Source: a virus
UHGV virus genome: UHGV-0231044
Direction: 5' to 3' (one strand)
Length of the DNA stretch: 12,171 nt
The notes under the pieces are model-generated. The model was given only the letters and a program-made list of their open reading frames with translations, did not search any database and was not told the DNA's origin. A program made the position numbers and the translations under genes. This document shows positions 1 through 6,970 of this stretch, one piece after another (within the stretch, counting starts at the first letter, position 1; every line of letters starts with the position of its first letter).

Positions 1-916
1 CCGCCAGCTCGTTCAGCGTATTCAGTGCGTCAGGCGACGAGTCTACAAGGGCGGCAATCGCGGCCATAACGAAAGCCGTGTTTGCGATCTGAGTATTATT
101 CGTTCCCTGTCGCGCAGTTGGCGTCGTTGGCGTTCCGGTCAGTGCAGGACTGTTTAATGGCGCTTTTTTGTTCGTTTCATCCATTACCGTCTTAACAGCT
201 TTTGGTGTTGCCGCAAGCGTTTCAGACGTGCTGTTGGTCGCACTACTGAGCTGAACAAGGCCTTTTCGCGCCGTAGTGGCATCCTGCGCAGTATATTTCC
301 CGTTAGCAAGGTCATATGCGGCCTTTACCGCTTTCGGCGTTGCGGCGAGCGTTTCAGACGTACTGTTGGTCGCACTGCTTAACTGAGTAAAACCTTTTGC
401 GGTCAGCGAGGCGTCCGGGTGACGTCGTGACTGTTCATGCTCTGCAATCTTGTCATCAACGTAATCCTGCGTTGCCATCACCGTTGTGGTGTCAATAGTC
501 AGCTCCACTGAGGCCACACTGCTGACGATGATGACCATGCGGCAGGTCTGCGAACGCCCTGAGCCTTCGGCAAGGGCAGGCTTATAACTTTCGGCCATGT
601 TCGCCACGGCAATTAACGTTCCCGCATCATCGTACAGGCCAAGCTCACGCATCCAGAAACCGCCCACCTCCGGCGGAATAACCAGCTCTGCGATAATATA
701 ATTACTGTTTCGTTTGTCCTGGCTGATTTTGTTCAGCGCATGTCGCCAGACTTCGTGGATAAGCCCGGTCTGTCCGGCATCCGGAACAGGCAATTTACCA
801 CCGCCATCCCCGACGGCCATCGTGGTAATGTTGACCTTCCGCCCTCCCGGTGCGGTTGCCGCTGCCAGCTTTGCTGCACCGGCAGTGGTGATAACGGTTT
901 TGAATTTTGTGCTCAT
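1..916 (-). CDS. H: Tail fibre protein GpH, N-terminal about 305 codons (3' end lies beyond the window start)
   Basis: Minus-strand reading frame opens at ATG 916..914, preceded by GTGAGGA Shine-Dalgarno (revcomp of 919-925); translation begins MSTKFKTVITTAGAAKLAAATAPG... and contains the tandem LSSATNSTSETLAATPKAV motif typical of P2-type tail fibre N-termini; sits directly downstream of I as in the P2 V-W-J-I-H operon. Not in the ORF track because it runs off the window. Confidence 0.88.
   Translation of the reverse strand, partial: MSTKFKTVITTAGAAKLAAATAPGGRKVNITTMAVGDGGGKLPVPDAGQTGLIHEVWRHALNKISQDKRNSNYIIAELVIPPEVGGFWMRELGLYDDAGTLIAVANMAESYKPALAEGSGRSQTCRMVIIVSSVASVELTIDTTTVMATQDYVDDKIAEHEQSRRHPDASLTAKGFTQLSSATNSTSETLAATPKAVKAAYDLANGKYTAQDATTARKGLVQLSSATNSTSETLAATPKAVKTVMDETNKKAPLNSPALTGTPTTPTARQGTNNTQIANTAFVMAAIAALVDSSPDALNTLNELA
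199..398. repeat. Intragenic direct repeat in H (two copies of about 68 bp, about 199-266 and about 331-398, period about 132 bp)
   Basis: Directly visible: ctttTGGtGTTGCcGCaAGCGTTTCAGACGTgCTGTTGGTCGCACTaCTgAgCTGAacAAggCCTTTT versus ctttCGGcGTTGCgGCgAGCGTTTCAGACGTaCTGTTGGTCGCACTgCTtAaCTGAGTaaAAcCTTTT; in-frame (132 = 44 codons), encodes duplicated peptide in the tail fibre. Confidence 0.7.
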
Positions 917-926
917 TATTCCTCAC

Positions 927-1457
927 TTATCCGGGGTAAACCGTAATTACATCGCCGTCGTAAGCCACACCACCGGCGAACAGGTAGCCGGGAATGTCCC
1001 GGGTAATGTTCAGGCCGATAAGGTGGCGGCTTGCAGGTTTGGCATCAGCAATCAGCCGTTCCATTTCCTGATACATTGCCTCTGTGATGCCGCTTTCCAG
1101 TACACCAATATCAAGCCGGAAGGTGCCTGGCGGGTCACTGTTTTCCCACCACTCCGTCACGTTGATGAGATAGCCGAGCGGCTCCACCACACGCCGGATT
1201 GCACCGATAGTGCCCTTATGACAGTGGATGAAATAGGCATCGCAGATAACGGCGCGTTTTGTCGCTTCCGGCCACTTTTCATCCCACCTGTCGACCGAAA
1301 ACGCCCACGCCAGCCACGGCAGCAGATTTGCCGGACAGGTATCCGGGTTCCACAGTTCACGAATCCTGACCGGCGTTTTTTCAATTTCCGCACAGGCTTT
1401 TGCGGCAGCAATTTCAAGCGGTGATGAGCCGGTCGGCAGCAGTCGCGAATCACTCAT
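927..1457 (-). CDS. I: Baseplate assembly protein GpI
   Basis: 176-aa ORF (MSDSRLLPTGSSPLEIAAAKACAEIEKTPVRIREL...), size and sequence typical of P2 gpI; 8-nt overlap with upstream J, 10 nt before H. Confidence 0.9.
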   Translation of the reverse strand: MSDSRLLPTGSSPLEIAAAKACAEIEKTPVRIRELWNPDTCPANLLPWLAWAFSVDRWDEKWPEATKRAVICDAYFIHCHKGTIGAIRRVVEPLGYLINVTEWWENSDPPGTFRLDIGVLESGITEAMYQEMERLIADAKPASRHLIGLNITRDIPGYLFAGGVAYDGDVITVYPG

Positions 1458-2358
1458 CCGAGCCTCCGGTCACGACGCGGTATTCGGTACAGAAAGACGC
1501 CTGCGTACTGTTGAGCACGATGTCGGCCAGCGGTGCAGTCAGTTCGACACGCTGCACGCCTTCCACATGCAAAGCGGCATAAATGGCAGACAGACGGATG
1601 TCGCGCCCCAGCCGGTGCTGTGCCGTGATGTACGCTTCCAGTTTTTTCACGGCAGCAGCGCGTATGGGTTCGCTTTCGGGACCAGGGTAAAGGTAAAGCG
1701 TGGCGTTTATCTGGTATTCAACAATGGCGGCAGACTGCACGGTCACGCGGTCGGCCACCGGTCTGACGTCCTCGCCATTAAGGGCGTTACGCACCACGGC
1801 CAGCAGGTCTTCGGATGCGACACCGTTATTTTCACGTGACAGCACAGAGATGGTGACGCAGGCCGGAGACGGACTGGTGACAGAAATATCGGCGACACGC
1901 CCGTCAGCACTGCGTCCATGATACTGATAGGCACCCACTGACCCGGCGACGCTTAAACCTTCAAACGCCTGCTGAATACGCAGACGATAATCGGTGTCAG
2001 ACTCCATCACTACCGGTGTCGGCGGGATGGTCGAATCATCTGCCGGGGTGATAGTCAGGCGCGTGGTGTTGTAATTGGCACCAATCACATCAAGGTCATT
2101 ACCGGCGGCACAGGCCAGCATCACCGCCCGCGCAGCCTCATTCACACGCTGACGCCAGATAAGCTCACGATAAGCATTTTCCTCCAGCAGTTTGACGAGA
2201 GGCTCAGATTCCAGTGTCAGGGTATGGGCGACCGCCTCCTGCTGGTCTTCCGGGTAAAGGGAAATCAGTGTCGCCTTGCGTTCGGCAAGAATGGTTTCAA
2301 AGTCCAGCTCCTCGACCACATCCGGTGCGGGTAGCTGGTTCAGGTCGATAATCGGCAT
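1450..2358 (-). CDS. J: Baseplate assembly protein GpJ (baseplate wedge, gp6-like)
   Basis: 302-aa ORF (MPIIDLNQLPAPDVVEELDFETILAERKATLISLYPEDQQ...), matches P2 gpJ size and sequence; position between W and I. Confidence 0.92.
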   Translation of the reverse strand: MPIIDLNQLPAPDVVEELDFETILAERKATLISLYPEDQQEAVAHTLTLESEPLVKLLEENAYRELIWRQRVNEAARAVMLACAAGNDLDVIGANYNTTRLTITPADDSTIPPTPVVMESDTDYRLRIQQAFEGLSVAGSVGAYQYHGRSADGRVADISVTSPSPACVTISVLSRENNGVASEDLLAVVRNALNGEDVRPVADRVTVQSAAIVEYQINATLYLYPGPESEPIRAAAVKKLEAYITAQHRLGRDIRLSAIYAALHVEGVQRVELTAPLADIVLNSTQASFCTEYRVVTGGSDE

Positions 2359-2362
2359 GGTT

Positions 2363-2710
2363 TCAACTCACAGGAATGGTTAACGAAAGTGGCTGGCCGG
2401 TGTCGTTGTGCTGGCCGGTTAACGTGACCGTCATTCGCCCGTCAAAACTGCGCGCCGTAGTGACGGATGACAGGGTGACGCGGGGTTCCCATTTCAGCAC
2501 TGCCATGTAACAGGCGACCTTAATCTGCAACTCAAGCGCCGGGGTCTGTGGCTGGTCAATCATTGACGCCAGCAATGAGCCGTAATCACGACGCATCACC
2601 CGTGAGCCGACCGGCGTGCGCAGGATATCGCCGATACTCTGGCTGATATGCTCAAGGTCAGTGACAGTCAGGCCATCACTGCGATTCATTCCGAGATAAC
2701 GCGCTGTCAT
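2363..2710 (-). CDS. W: Baseplate wedge protein GpW (T4 gp25-like)
   Basis: 115-aa ORF (MTARYLGMNRSDGLTVTDLEHISQSIGDILRTPVGSRVMRRDYGSLL...), size and sequence typical of P2 gpW; 4-nt stop/start overlap with V. Confidence 0.9.
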   Translation of the reverse strand: MTARYLGMNRSDGLTVTDLEHISQSIGDILRTPVGSRVMRRDYGSLLASMIDQPQTPALELQIKVACYMAVLKWEPRVTLSSVTTARSFDGRMTVTLTGQHNDTGQPLSLTIPVS

Positions 2711-3336
2711 AGAGGTCCCCCGGTTGTGCCGCCGCTGTCGCCGGGGTGTTTATGGGTATGCAGTACCTTACCGTTTGATGAGAGCTCACCGCCGGTATGA
2801 GCGATGTTGCCGCGCATCGTCCCGCCCTTCTGTACTTCCAGCGTGCCGGTAATCAGCCTGTTGGTGCAGACCACCTCCGGTGTGTCCAGGGTGATGCGGG
2901 TTGACGCTTTCACCATGACCACCGGCACCGTGGCAGTAACAGAATCAGAAGCCGTCACGCTGGCCGTTTTAATTCCGCTTACCGTGAGTGCACTGGTTTC
3001 GGGTTCATACTCAATCACCGCCCCGTCAGGGAAACGGATATGCAGGGCATCAGACGACGCAGACGGCGCTGGGTTATCGCCGGAATAAATCCCCGGCAGA
3101 ACGAACGCCGTGTCGAGTTCACCGCCCACGGCCAGAATCAGCACCTGTTCCCCCACGGAAGGTGCCCACCATGTGCGCGAACGCCCAGCGCGATGGGTCA
3201 GCCACTGAAGCCAGTCGGTGCACATGCCGCCGGTCTGCACACGGCAGCGACCGGCATTAAGGTCGGTTTCGACGATAATGCCAGTGCGAATCATATTGCG
3301 TATAAAGCGAAGAATTTCATTGTATTGTGCATTCAT
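2707..3336 (-). CDS. V: Baseplate hub/spike protein GpV
   Basis: ORF track gives 2707..3414 but its first codon at 3414 is not ATG (TTG); first ATG is at 3336 (MNAQYNEILRFIRNMIRTGIIVETDLNAGRCRVQTGG...), giving 209 aa, consistent with P2 gpV length about 211 aa. C-terminal HTHKHPGDSGGTTG is the conserved spike tip. No obvious Shine-Dalgarno before 3336, so start is less certain than the rest. Confidence 0.85.
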   Translation of the reverse strand: MNAQYNEILRFIRNMIRTGIIVETDLNAGRCRVQTGGMCTDWLQWLTHRAGRSRTWWAPSVGEQVLILAVGGELDTAFVLPGIYSGDNPAPSASSDALHIRFPDGAVIEYEPETSALTVSGIKTASVTASDSVTATVPVVMVKASTRITLDTPEVVCTNRLITGTLEVQKGGTMRGNIAHTGGELSSNGKVLHTHKHPGDSGGTTGGPL

Positions 3337-3360
3337 TCGATAATAATGATTCTGTACAAT
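3332..3360 (+). promoter_or_regulatory. Candidate sigma70 promoter for the cargo gene (TTCATT - 17 bp - TACAAT), inside the 86-bp V/cargo divergent region
   Basis: Seen in sequence: -35-like ttcatt 3332-3337, 17-nt spacer, -10 tacaat 3355-3360 preceded by TG; about 60 nt upstream of ATG 3423. Prediction only; -35 is a weak match. Confidence 0.3.
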
Positions 3361-3422
3361 CTCGAAGTAAATCACACCACGATTTCTGGTGCACAGAACA
3401 ACAAGGGACAACAAAATCCATT

Positions 3423-4496
3423 ATGAGTACTTACTTTTTCTCGTCAGAAACAATGAAAGAATTGTTCAAAGATTATCTGGTCTTTTTGAACACGCTGACT
3501 CCCAGCACAAACTTTGAATCAAACAGAAACAAAATAATTGCTCAAGCAATAAACTTCATTTCCGAAAACCCTGAAGATTGGGACAAAAAATCCCAGTACA
3601 ACATTGCTATGATTGGCGACACCTTTAAAAGTTTCTTAAGAGAAAAGGGGGAAGATAACAACAGCATCAACCTTATATTCACTTGCTTTTTTAGATTTAT
3701 CATTGAACCAAGCATTCTCTCTCCGGAAATAGAGTCTCACTTTTCACCACTAAGAACCATCAAGGATTTTGCTCTGTATAACTATAATGAATTCGATGAG
3801 CGGAGCAGAGCACAGATAGACTTTTCTCTTAGAGAACTGCCATTAGCAATGGTTAAAGAAGTTTTAAGCTCCAGCAATGTTGACACATATAAAAAATACA
3901 TTGATAGTTTAAACGAAGGGCGTCAATTTTTCGAAAAGTGCGACTCCTTCTTAAAGGAGCAACATGCCAAAATAGAGTCAATTAAAGAGTCATTAAAAGG
4001 GTATGAGGTCGCATTTAATTTTGTTGGATTGTTTGATGGCTTTAATTCACTTGGCAAAAAGAAAGAAAGTGAAATCATGCTATCAAGAATAATTCTTATC
4101 ATCTTGGCTATAATCATTCCCTCCCCGCTGATATACTATGGAATGCATAAATTACCAACTCTGGAAACGACAAATGCTGCCACATATTTTATGTCAGCAC
4201 TACCTTTTGCATCAGTTACATTGATTTTTATGTATTACTTTAGAGTTGTACTGATAAATCATATATCGTTACGAACTCAGATTATGCAAATAGAACTCAG
4301 AAAGAGCCTTTGTCAGTTCATTCAGAGTTATAGCGACTATTCCTCAGAGATAAGGAAAAACAATCCGGAAGCGCTTTCAAAATTTGAAGACGTAGTATTT
4401 TCAAACATCATGCTATCCGATGATAAGATACCATCTACATTTGATGGTATTGAACAAATAGCATCGTTAATCAACGCATTGAAAAATGGCAAGTAA
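3423..4496 (+). CDS. Hypothetical membrane-anchored protein (357 aa), AT-rich cargo gene at the S/V (orf30-type) moron slot; candidate phage-exclusion/abortive-infection protein of unknown family
   Basis: Long ORF in strongly AT-rich DNA; ORF track extends to 3327 but ATG 3423 (MSTYFFSSETMKELF...) has AGGGA 12 nt upstream and avoids overlap with V start. Two hydrophobic helices near the C-terminus (IMLSRIILIILAIIIPSPLIYYGM and AATYFMSALPFASVTLIFMYYFRVVLI, about nt 4075-4265). Ends TAA 4494-4496 followed immediately by a hairpin terminator. No Walker, HxH, DEAD or nuclease-type motifs seen by eye. Confidence 0.8.
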   Translation: MSTYFFSSETMKELFKDYLVFLNTLTPSTNFESNRNKIIAQAINFISENPEDWDKKSQYNIAMIGDTFKSFLREKGEDNNSINLIFTCFFRFIIEPSILSPEIESHFSPLRTIKDFALYNYNEFDERSRAQIDFSLRELPLAMVKEVLSSSNVDTYKKYIDSLNEGRQFFEKCDSFLKEQHAKIESIKESLKGYEVAFNFVGLFDGFNSLGKKKESEIMLSRIILIILAIIIPSPLIYYGMHKLPTLETTNAATYFMSALPFASVTLIFMYYFRVVLINHISLRTQIMQIELRKSLCQFIQSYSDYSSEIRKNNPEALSKFEDVVFSNIMLSDDKIPSTFDGIEQIASLINALKNGK

Positions 4497-4500
4497 TGAT

Positions 4501-4530
4501 AAAAGGCCAATAACTGGCCTTTTATTTATT
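4501..4530. terminator. Rho-independent terminator hairpin (stem AAAAGGCCA / TGGCCTTTT, loop ATAAC, then ATTTATT); likely bidirectional for the cargo gene and the convergent late operon ending in S
   Basis: Seen in sequence: 4501-4509 aaaaggcca, loop 4510-4514, 4515-4523 tggcctttt (perfect 9-bp inverted repeat) followed by T-rich run; lies 5 nt after cargo stop and 70 nt beyond the S stop on the other strand. Confidence 0.6.
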
Positions 4531-4599
4531 AACGTAAAGATTCAAAATAAATCATACTAAATCAAATAATTTCATTCTTATATTCTCAGATCAATAAAG

Positions 4600-5052
4600 C
4601 TAGCGATTCAGGTGAGCCAGAATAATCTCTTCAATCATCTGCACATCCTCACCGGTAAAGCCGAGCAGAGGACGCGCCGGATAATCAATTTTCTTACCGT
4701 CTTTCCGGTTTTCTTCCGACAGACCGAACTGATGCACGCAGGCGATTTTCGGTGACTTCCCGCCGTAAAATTCCATTGATGCCTGCTCCGGGCTGGCGCG
4801 GATATGCAAAAAACGACTGGTGATAAGTTTCGCAAACATTTTTCGCTTAACACGACCGGTCTTTTTTCTGGCGCTCTGCTGCTGGCGTGGCGCGTAGGGT
4901 GTGCCGTCCGGGGCTTTCTGTGCCATCACCCGACGCTGCTGACTCTGCCGCAGACGTTTCGCCAGTTCGGCGCTCAGTCGCCGACGCCCTGACGGTGACA
5001 GCGATTCAGTCAGTCCGGTCAGCCGGTCTTCAAAACGCTTAAACTCATTCAT
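4600..5052 (-). CDS. S: Tail completion protein GpS
   Basis: 150-aa ORF (MNEFKRFEDRLTGLTESLSPSGRRRLSAELAKRLRQSQQRR...), size and sequence typical of P2 gpS; overlaps R by 8 nt. Confidence 0.9.
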   Translation of the reverse strand: MNEFKRFEDRLTGLTESLSPSGRRRLSAELAKRLRQSQQRRVMAQKAPDGTPYAPRQQQSARKKTGRVKRKMFAKLITSRFLHIRASPEQASMEFYGGKSPKIACVHQFGLSEENRKDGKKIDYPARPLLGFTGEDVQMIEEIILAHLNR

Positions 5053-5512
5053 CCCACTTGCTCACGAGTTCGCCATTGATATGCAGCTCCATCGGGCGGG
5101 TGACCGGCTCCGGCGGCGGAGGTTCCGGGATATTCTTCACATGCAGTGCGCCGCCAACCTCACTGACCAGCGTGCGCTCGGTCAGCATCAGGCTGATACT
5201 GATATCAAAGCTGCTGTCATTGTTGATGTCTGCATAAAACGTGAAGCCCTTTTTCTGGCCTTCGTCGGTGGTCATGATGTCGGGCTGATTTTCCCGCAGC
5301 CACGCCAGCACCGGCACAATGAGCAGGTCAAAATCACCGGTAAAGTCGGTCACAATCACATTGAGCGTGTAACGCTTTTCGAATGACAGCGACGTCGCCA
5401 GTGTGGAGGCAATACTCCCGTTATCCACGAATATCCGCAGCATATCGGGGTTAGTTTTCAGCACCGTGACGGCATCAGTCAGCGCCCTGCGCAGGCTGTC
5501 GGGTTTGAGCAT
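5045..5512 (-). CDS. R: Tail completion protein GpR
   Basis: 155-aa ORF (MLKPDSLRRALTDAVTVLKTNPDMLRIFVDNGSIASTLATSL...), size and sequence typical of P2 gpR. Confidence 0.9.
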   Translation of the reverse strand: MLKPDSLRRALTDAVTVLKTNPDMLRIFVDNGSIASTLATSLSFEKRYTLNVIVTDFTGDFDLLIVPVLAWLRENQPDIMTTDEGQKKGFTFYADINNDSSFDISISLMLTERTLVSEVGGALHVKNIPEPPPPEPVTRPMELHINGELVSKWDE

Positions 5513-5765
5513 CGTTTTCGTCCTGACAGTGTTTAATCATTTTTACCTGGCTGGCACAGCGTGCCAGCGCGTTCTCAAGCTGCCGGATATCAGCACTTAA
5601 ATCGCCGTTCGTCTCCGGGTCACTGCCCGGCATCGGGCAAAGGCTCACTTTCGGGCAGGCGTTGTGAACAATCACTGGCGTCGGCGCAGGCCGGGCGCTG
5701 GTGCAACCGGCGCACAGCATCAGGCAGGCCAGCGCCGTACCAGCGGCGAAAATCTTCGTTTTCAT
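5475..5765 (-). CDS. lysC: LysC, Rz1-like outer-membrane lipoprotein o-spanin (start embedded out of frame in lysB, 3' end overlapping R)
   Basis: 96-aa ORF MKTKIFAAGTALACLMLCAGCTSARPAPTPVIV...: signal peptide ending in a Cys lipobox-like LCAGC, proline-rich mature region; begins inside lysB in another frame, the classic embedded spanin arrangement. Confidence 0.72.
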   Translation of the reverse strand: MKTKIFAAGTALACLMLCAGCTSARPAPTPVIVHNACPKVSLCPMPGSDPETNGDLSADIRQLENALARCASQVKMIKHCQDENDAQTRQPAQGAD

Positions 5766-6045
5766 TCAGTAACCTCGTGATGGTTTTCTCGCGCTGTGCT
5801 TCACGCTTCGCGGCGTTCTCCAGTTCCTGACGCAGTGCCACCTGCGCCAGCTCGTTTTTGTCTGCTCTGGTGAGGGCAACATGAAGCTGATTTTTCAGCA
5901 TGGTGATGGTCGTCTGCTGTTCACTGGCGACGTTATTCGCCCTGTCCAGCGAGGCGCGCAGGCTGTCATTTTTGTGTTTCACCAGAAACAGACCGGCCAC
6001 CGCCAGCGATAACAACACGACCAGCACAATCATCAGCTTTGACAT
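5620..6045 (-). CDS. lysB: LysB, Rz-like inner-membrane i-spanin
   Basis: 141-aa ORF with N-terminal TM helix (MSKLMIVLVVLLSLAVAGLFLV) followed by charged coiled-coil-like region (ELENAAKREAQREKTITRLLNENEDFRRW); position after lysA as in P2. Confidence 0.8.
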   Translation of the reverse strand: MSKLMIVLVVLLSLAVAGLFLVKHKNDSLRASLDRANNVASEQQTTITMLKNQLHVALTRADKNELAQVALRQELENAAKREAQREKTITRLLNENEDFRRWYGAGLPDAVRRLHQRPACADASDCSQRLPESEPLPDAGQ

Positions 6046-6458
6046 GGTTCCCGCCCCTCAAGACGCTGACGACAGGCTTTACGTATCAGCCGGAAAAACA
6101 GCGACGTCACAAGATAAATCAGCGCGGTAAAAATCCACCCGGCAGCGACCAGCGAGATAAACGTCGCCACCATCACCACCAGAGCCGCCGCCCGTCTGCG
6201 CCACGGCACCGGCTGCAAAAACAGCGCCGTGACAATCTTCACGGCCAGCGATTCCGGCGGCAGCTCCCGCCCGTAGCGTTCCAGCACATACTCAGTGGCA
6301 TACACGCCGACACCACCGGCAACCACACAGATAACCGTCGCCAGAATCGCCCAGGCAGCGACAAAACTGACGGCCACGCTCTGCGGATAAATCAGGGACA
6401 GTGCCAGCATCAGCGCCAGCGACACGTTCAGCATCAGTGAAAGGGATAATTTCTTCAT
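6033..6458 (-). CDS. lysA: LysA, multi-pass membrane lysis-timing protein
   Basis: 141-aa ORF, about four hydrophobic helices (LSLMLNVSLALMLALSLIY..., WAILATVICVVAGGVGVYA..., AALVVMVATFISLVAAGWIFTALIYLVTSLFF); position between K and lysB. Confidence 0.78.
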   Translation of the reverse strand: MKKLSLSLMLNVSLALMLALSLIYPQSVAVSFVAAWAILATVICVVAGGVGVYATEYVLERYGRELPPESLAVKIVTALFLQPVPWRRRAAALVVMVATFISLVAAGWIFTALIYLVTSLFFRLIRKACRQRLEGREPCQS

Positions 6459-6472
6459 GGTGTTTACTCCGT

Positions 6473-6970
6473 TTAAGCCGGTACGCCGCCAGCGGTACGC
6501 CAGACGGTGACCAGTTTTTCCAGTGAATGCTCACGCTGACCGTAACCGGCACCCGGCAGGGACGCCCAGATATTGCGACAGCGTGAAATGGCGCGCTCAA
6601 TGCGTCCCGCCCGGATGTCATCCAGTGCACCGCGTTCGCGGATCAACTGAATGGCAAGTCTGTCCTGTGACAACGGACTGAAATCCGGCAGGGCAAGCTG
6701 TTTGCGGTAATGCGGCCAGAACAGGTAAAGTTGCTGATAACGACCGGAGGCCGTGGATTTTTCACCGCGACGGTTAAACACCTTCGCCGGTCGGTCATGC
6801 GCGAACGGGTGGTCACTGTAGTCAGTGAAGATTTCCGGCTTCCCGTCCAGTCCGGTGACTATCACGTCATAGCCCCGGTTTTTCGTCAGCGGATGATTCG
6901 CCGTCCCTTCGGACACCGCCAGCATGTCGAGAAAGGCAGCGATATTCTGATGCGTGTTAATTACCGGCAT
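6473..6970 (-). CDS. K: Endolysin GpK (lambda R-like lytic transglycosylase family)
   Basis: 165-aa ORF MPVINTHQNIAAFLDMLAVSEGTANHP...GYDVIVTGLDG...FTDYSDHP...SGRYQQLY...NIWASLPGAGYGQREH: strongly resembles lambda R/P2 K including the catalytic-Glu FLDMLAxSEGT block. Start overlaps Y stop (TAATG). Confidence 0.92.
   Translation of the reverse strand: MPVINTHQNIAAFLDMLAVSEGTANHPLTKNRGYDVIVTGLDGKPEIFTDYSDHPFAHDRPAKVFNRRGEKSTASGRYQQLYLFWPHYRKQLALPDFSPLSQDRLAIQLIRERGALDDIRAGRIERAISRCRNIWASLPGAGYGQREHSLEKLVTVWRTAGGVPA

Noticed and set aside
714-1424. 236-aa plus-strand ORF
   Set aside because: Lies antisense to H and I, which have strong recognisable protein sequences; typical GC-rich shadow ORF.
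3414-3414. V starting at the track's 3414 position (235 aa)
   Set aside because: Codon at 3414..3412 is TTG, not ATG, and the extension would run through the cargo promoter/RBS; the ATG at 3336 gives the expected gpV length.
3327-3422. Upstream extension of the cargo ORF (track start 3327, MHSFDNNDSVQ..., 389 aa)
   Set aside because: Would overlap the V start codon on the opposite strand and has no ribosome-binding site; ATG 3423 has an AGGGA about 12 nt upstream and leaves room for a promoter. Chose 3423; 3453 (MKELF...) remains a weaker alternative.
3040-3426. 128-aa plus-strand ORF and neighbouring 90/94-aa ORFs (2804-3260)
   Set aside because: Antisense to V; arginine-rich low-complexity translation typical of GC-rich shadow frames.
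3923-4117. 64-aa minus-strand ORF inside the cargo gene (possible small antitoxin or partner)
   Set aside because: Entirely antisense within the cargo coding sequence, no start context; AT-rich DNA gives few stops in some frames by chance. Cannot exclude, but no support.
6039-6440. 133-aa plus-strand ORF rich in R/H/Q
   Set aside because: Antisense to lysA; low-complexity composition typical of a non-coding frame.
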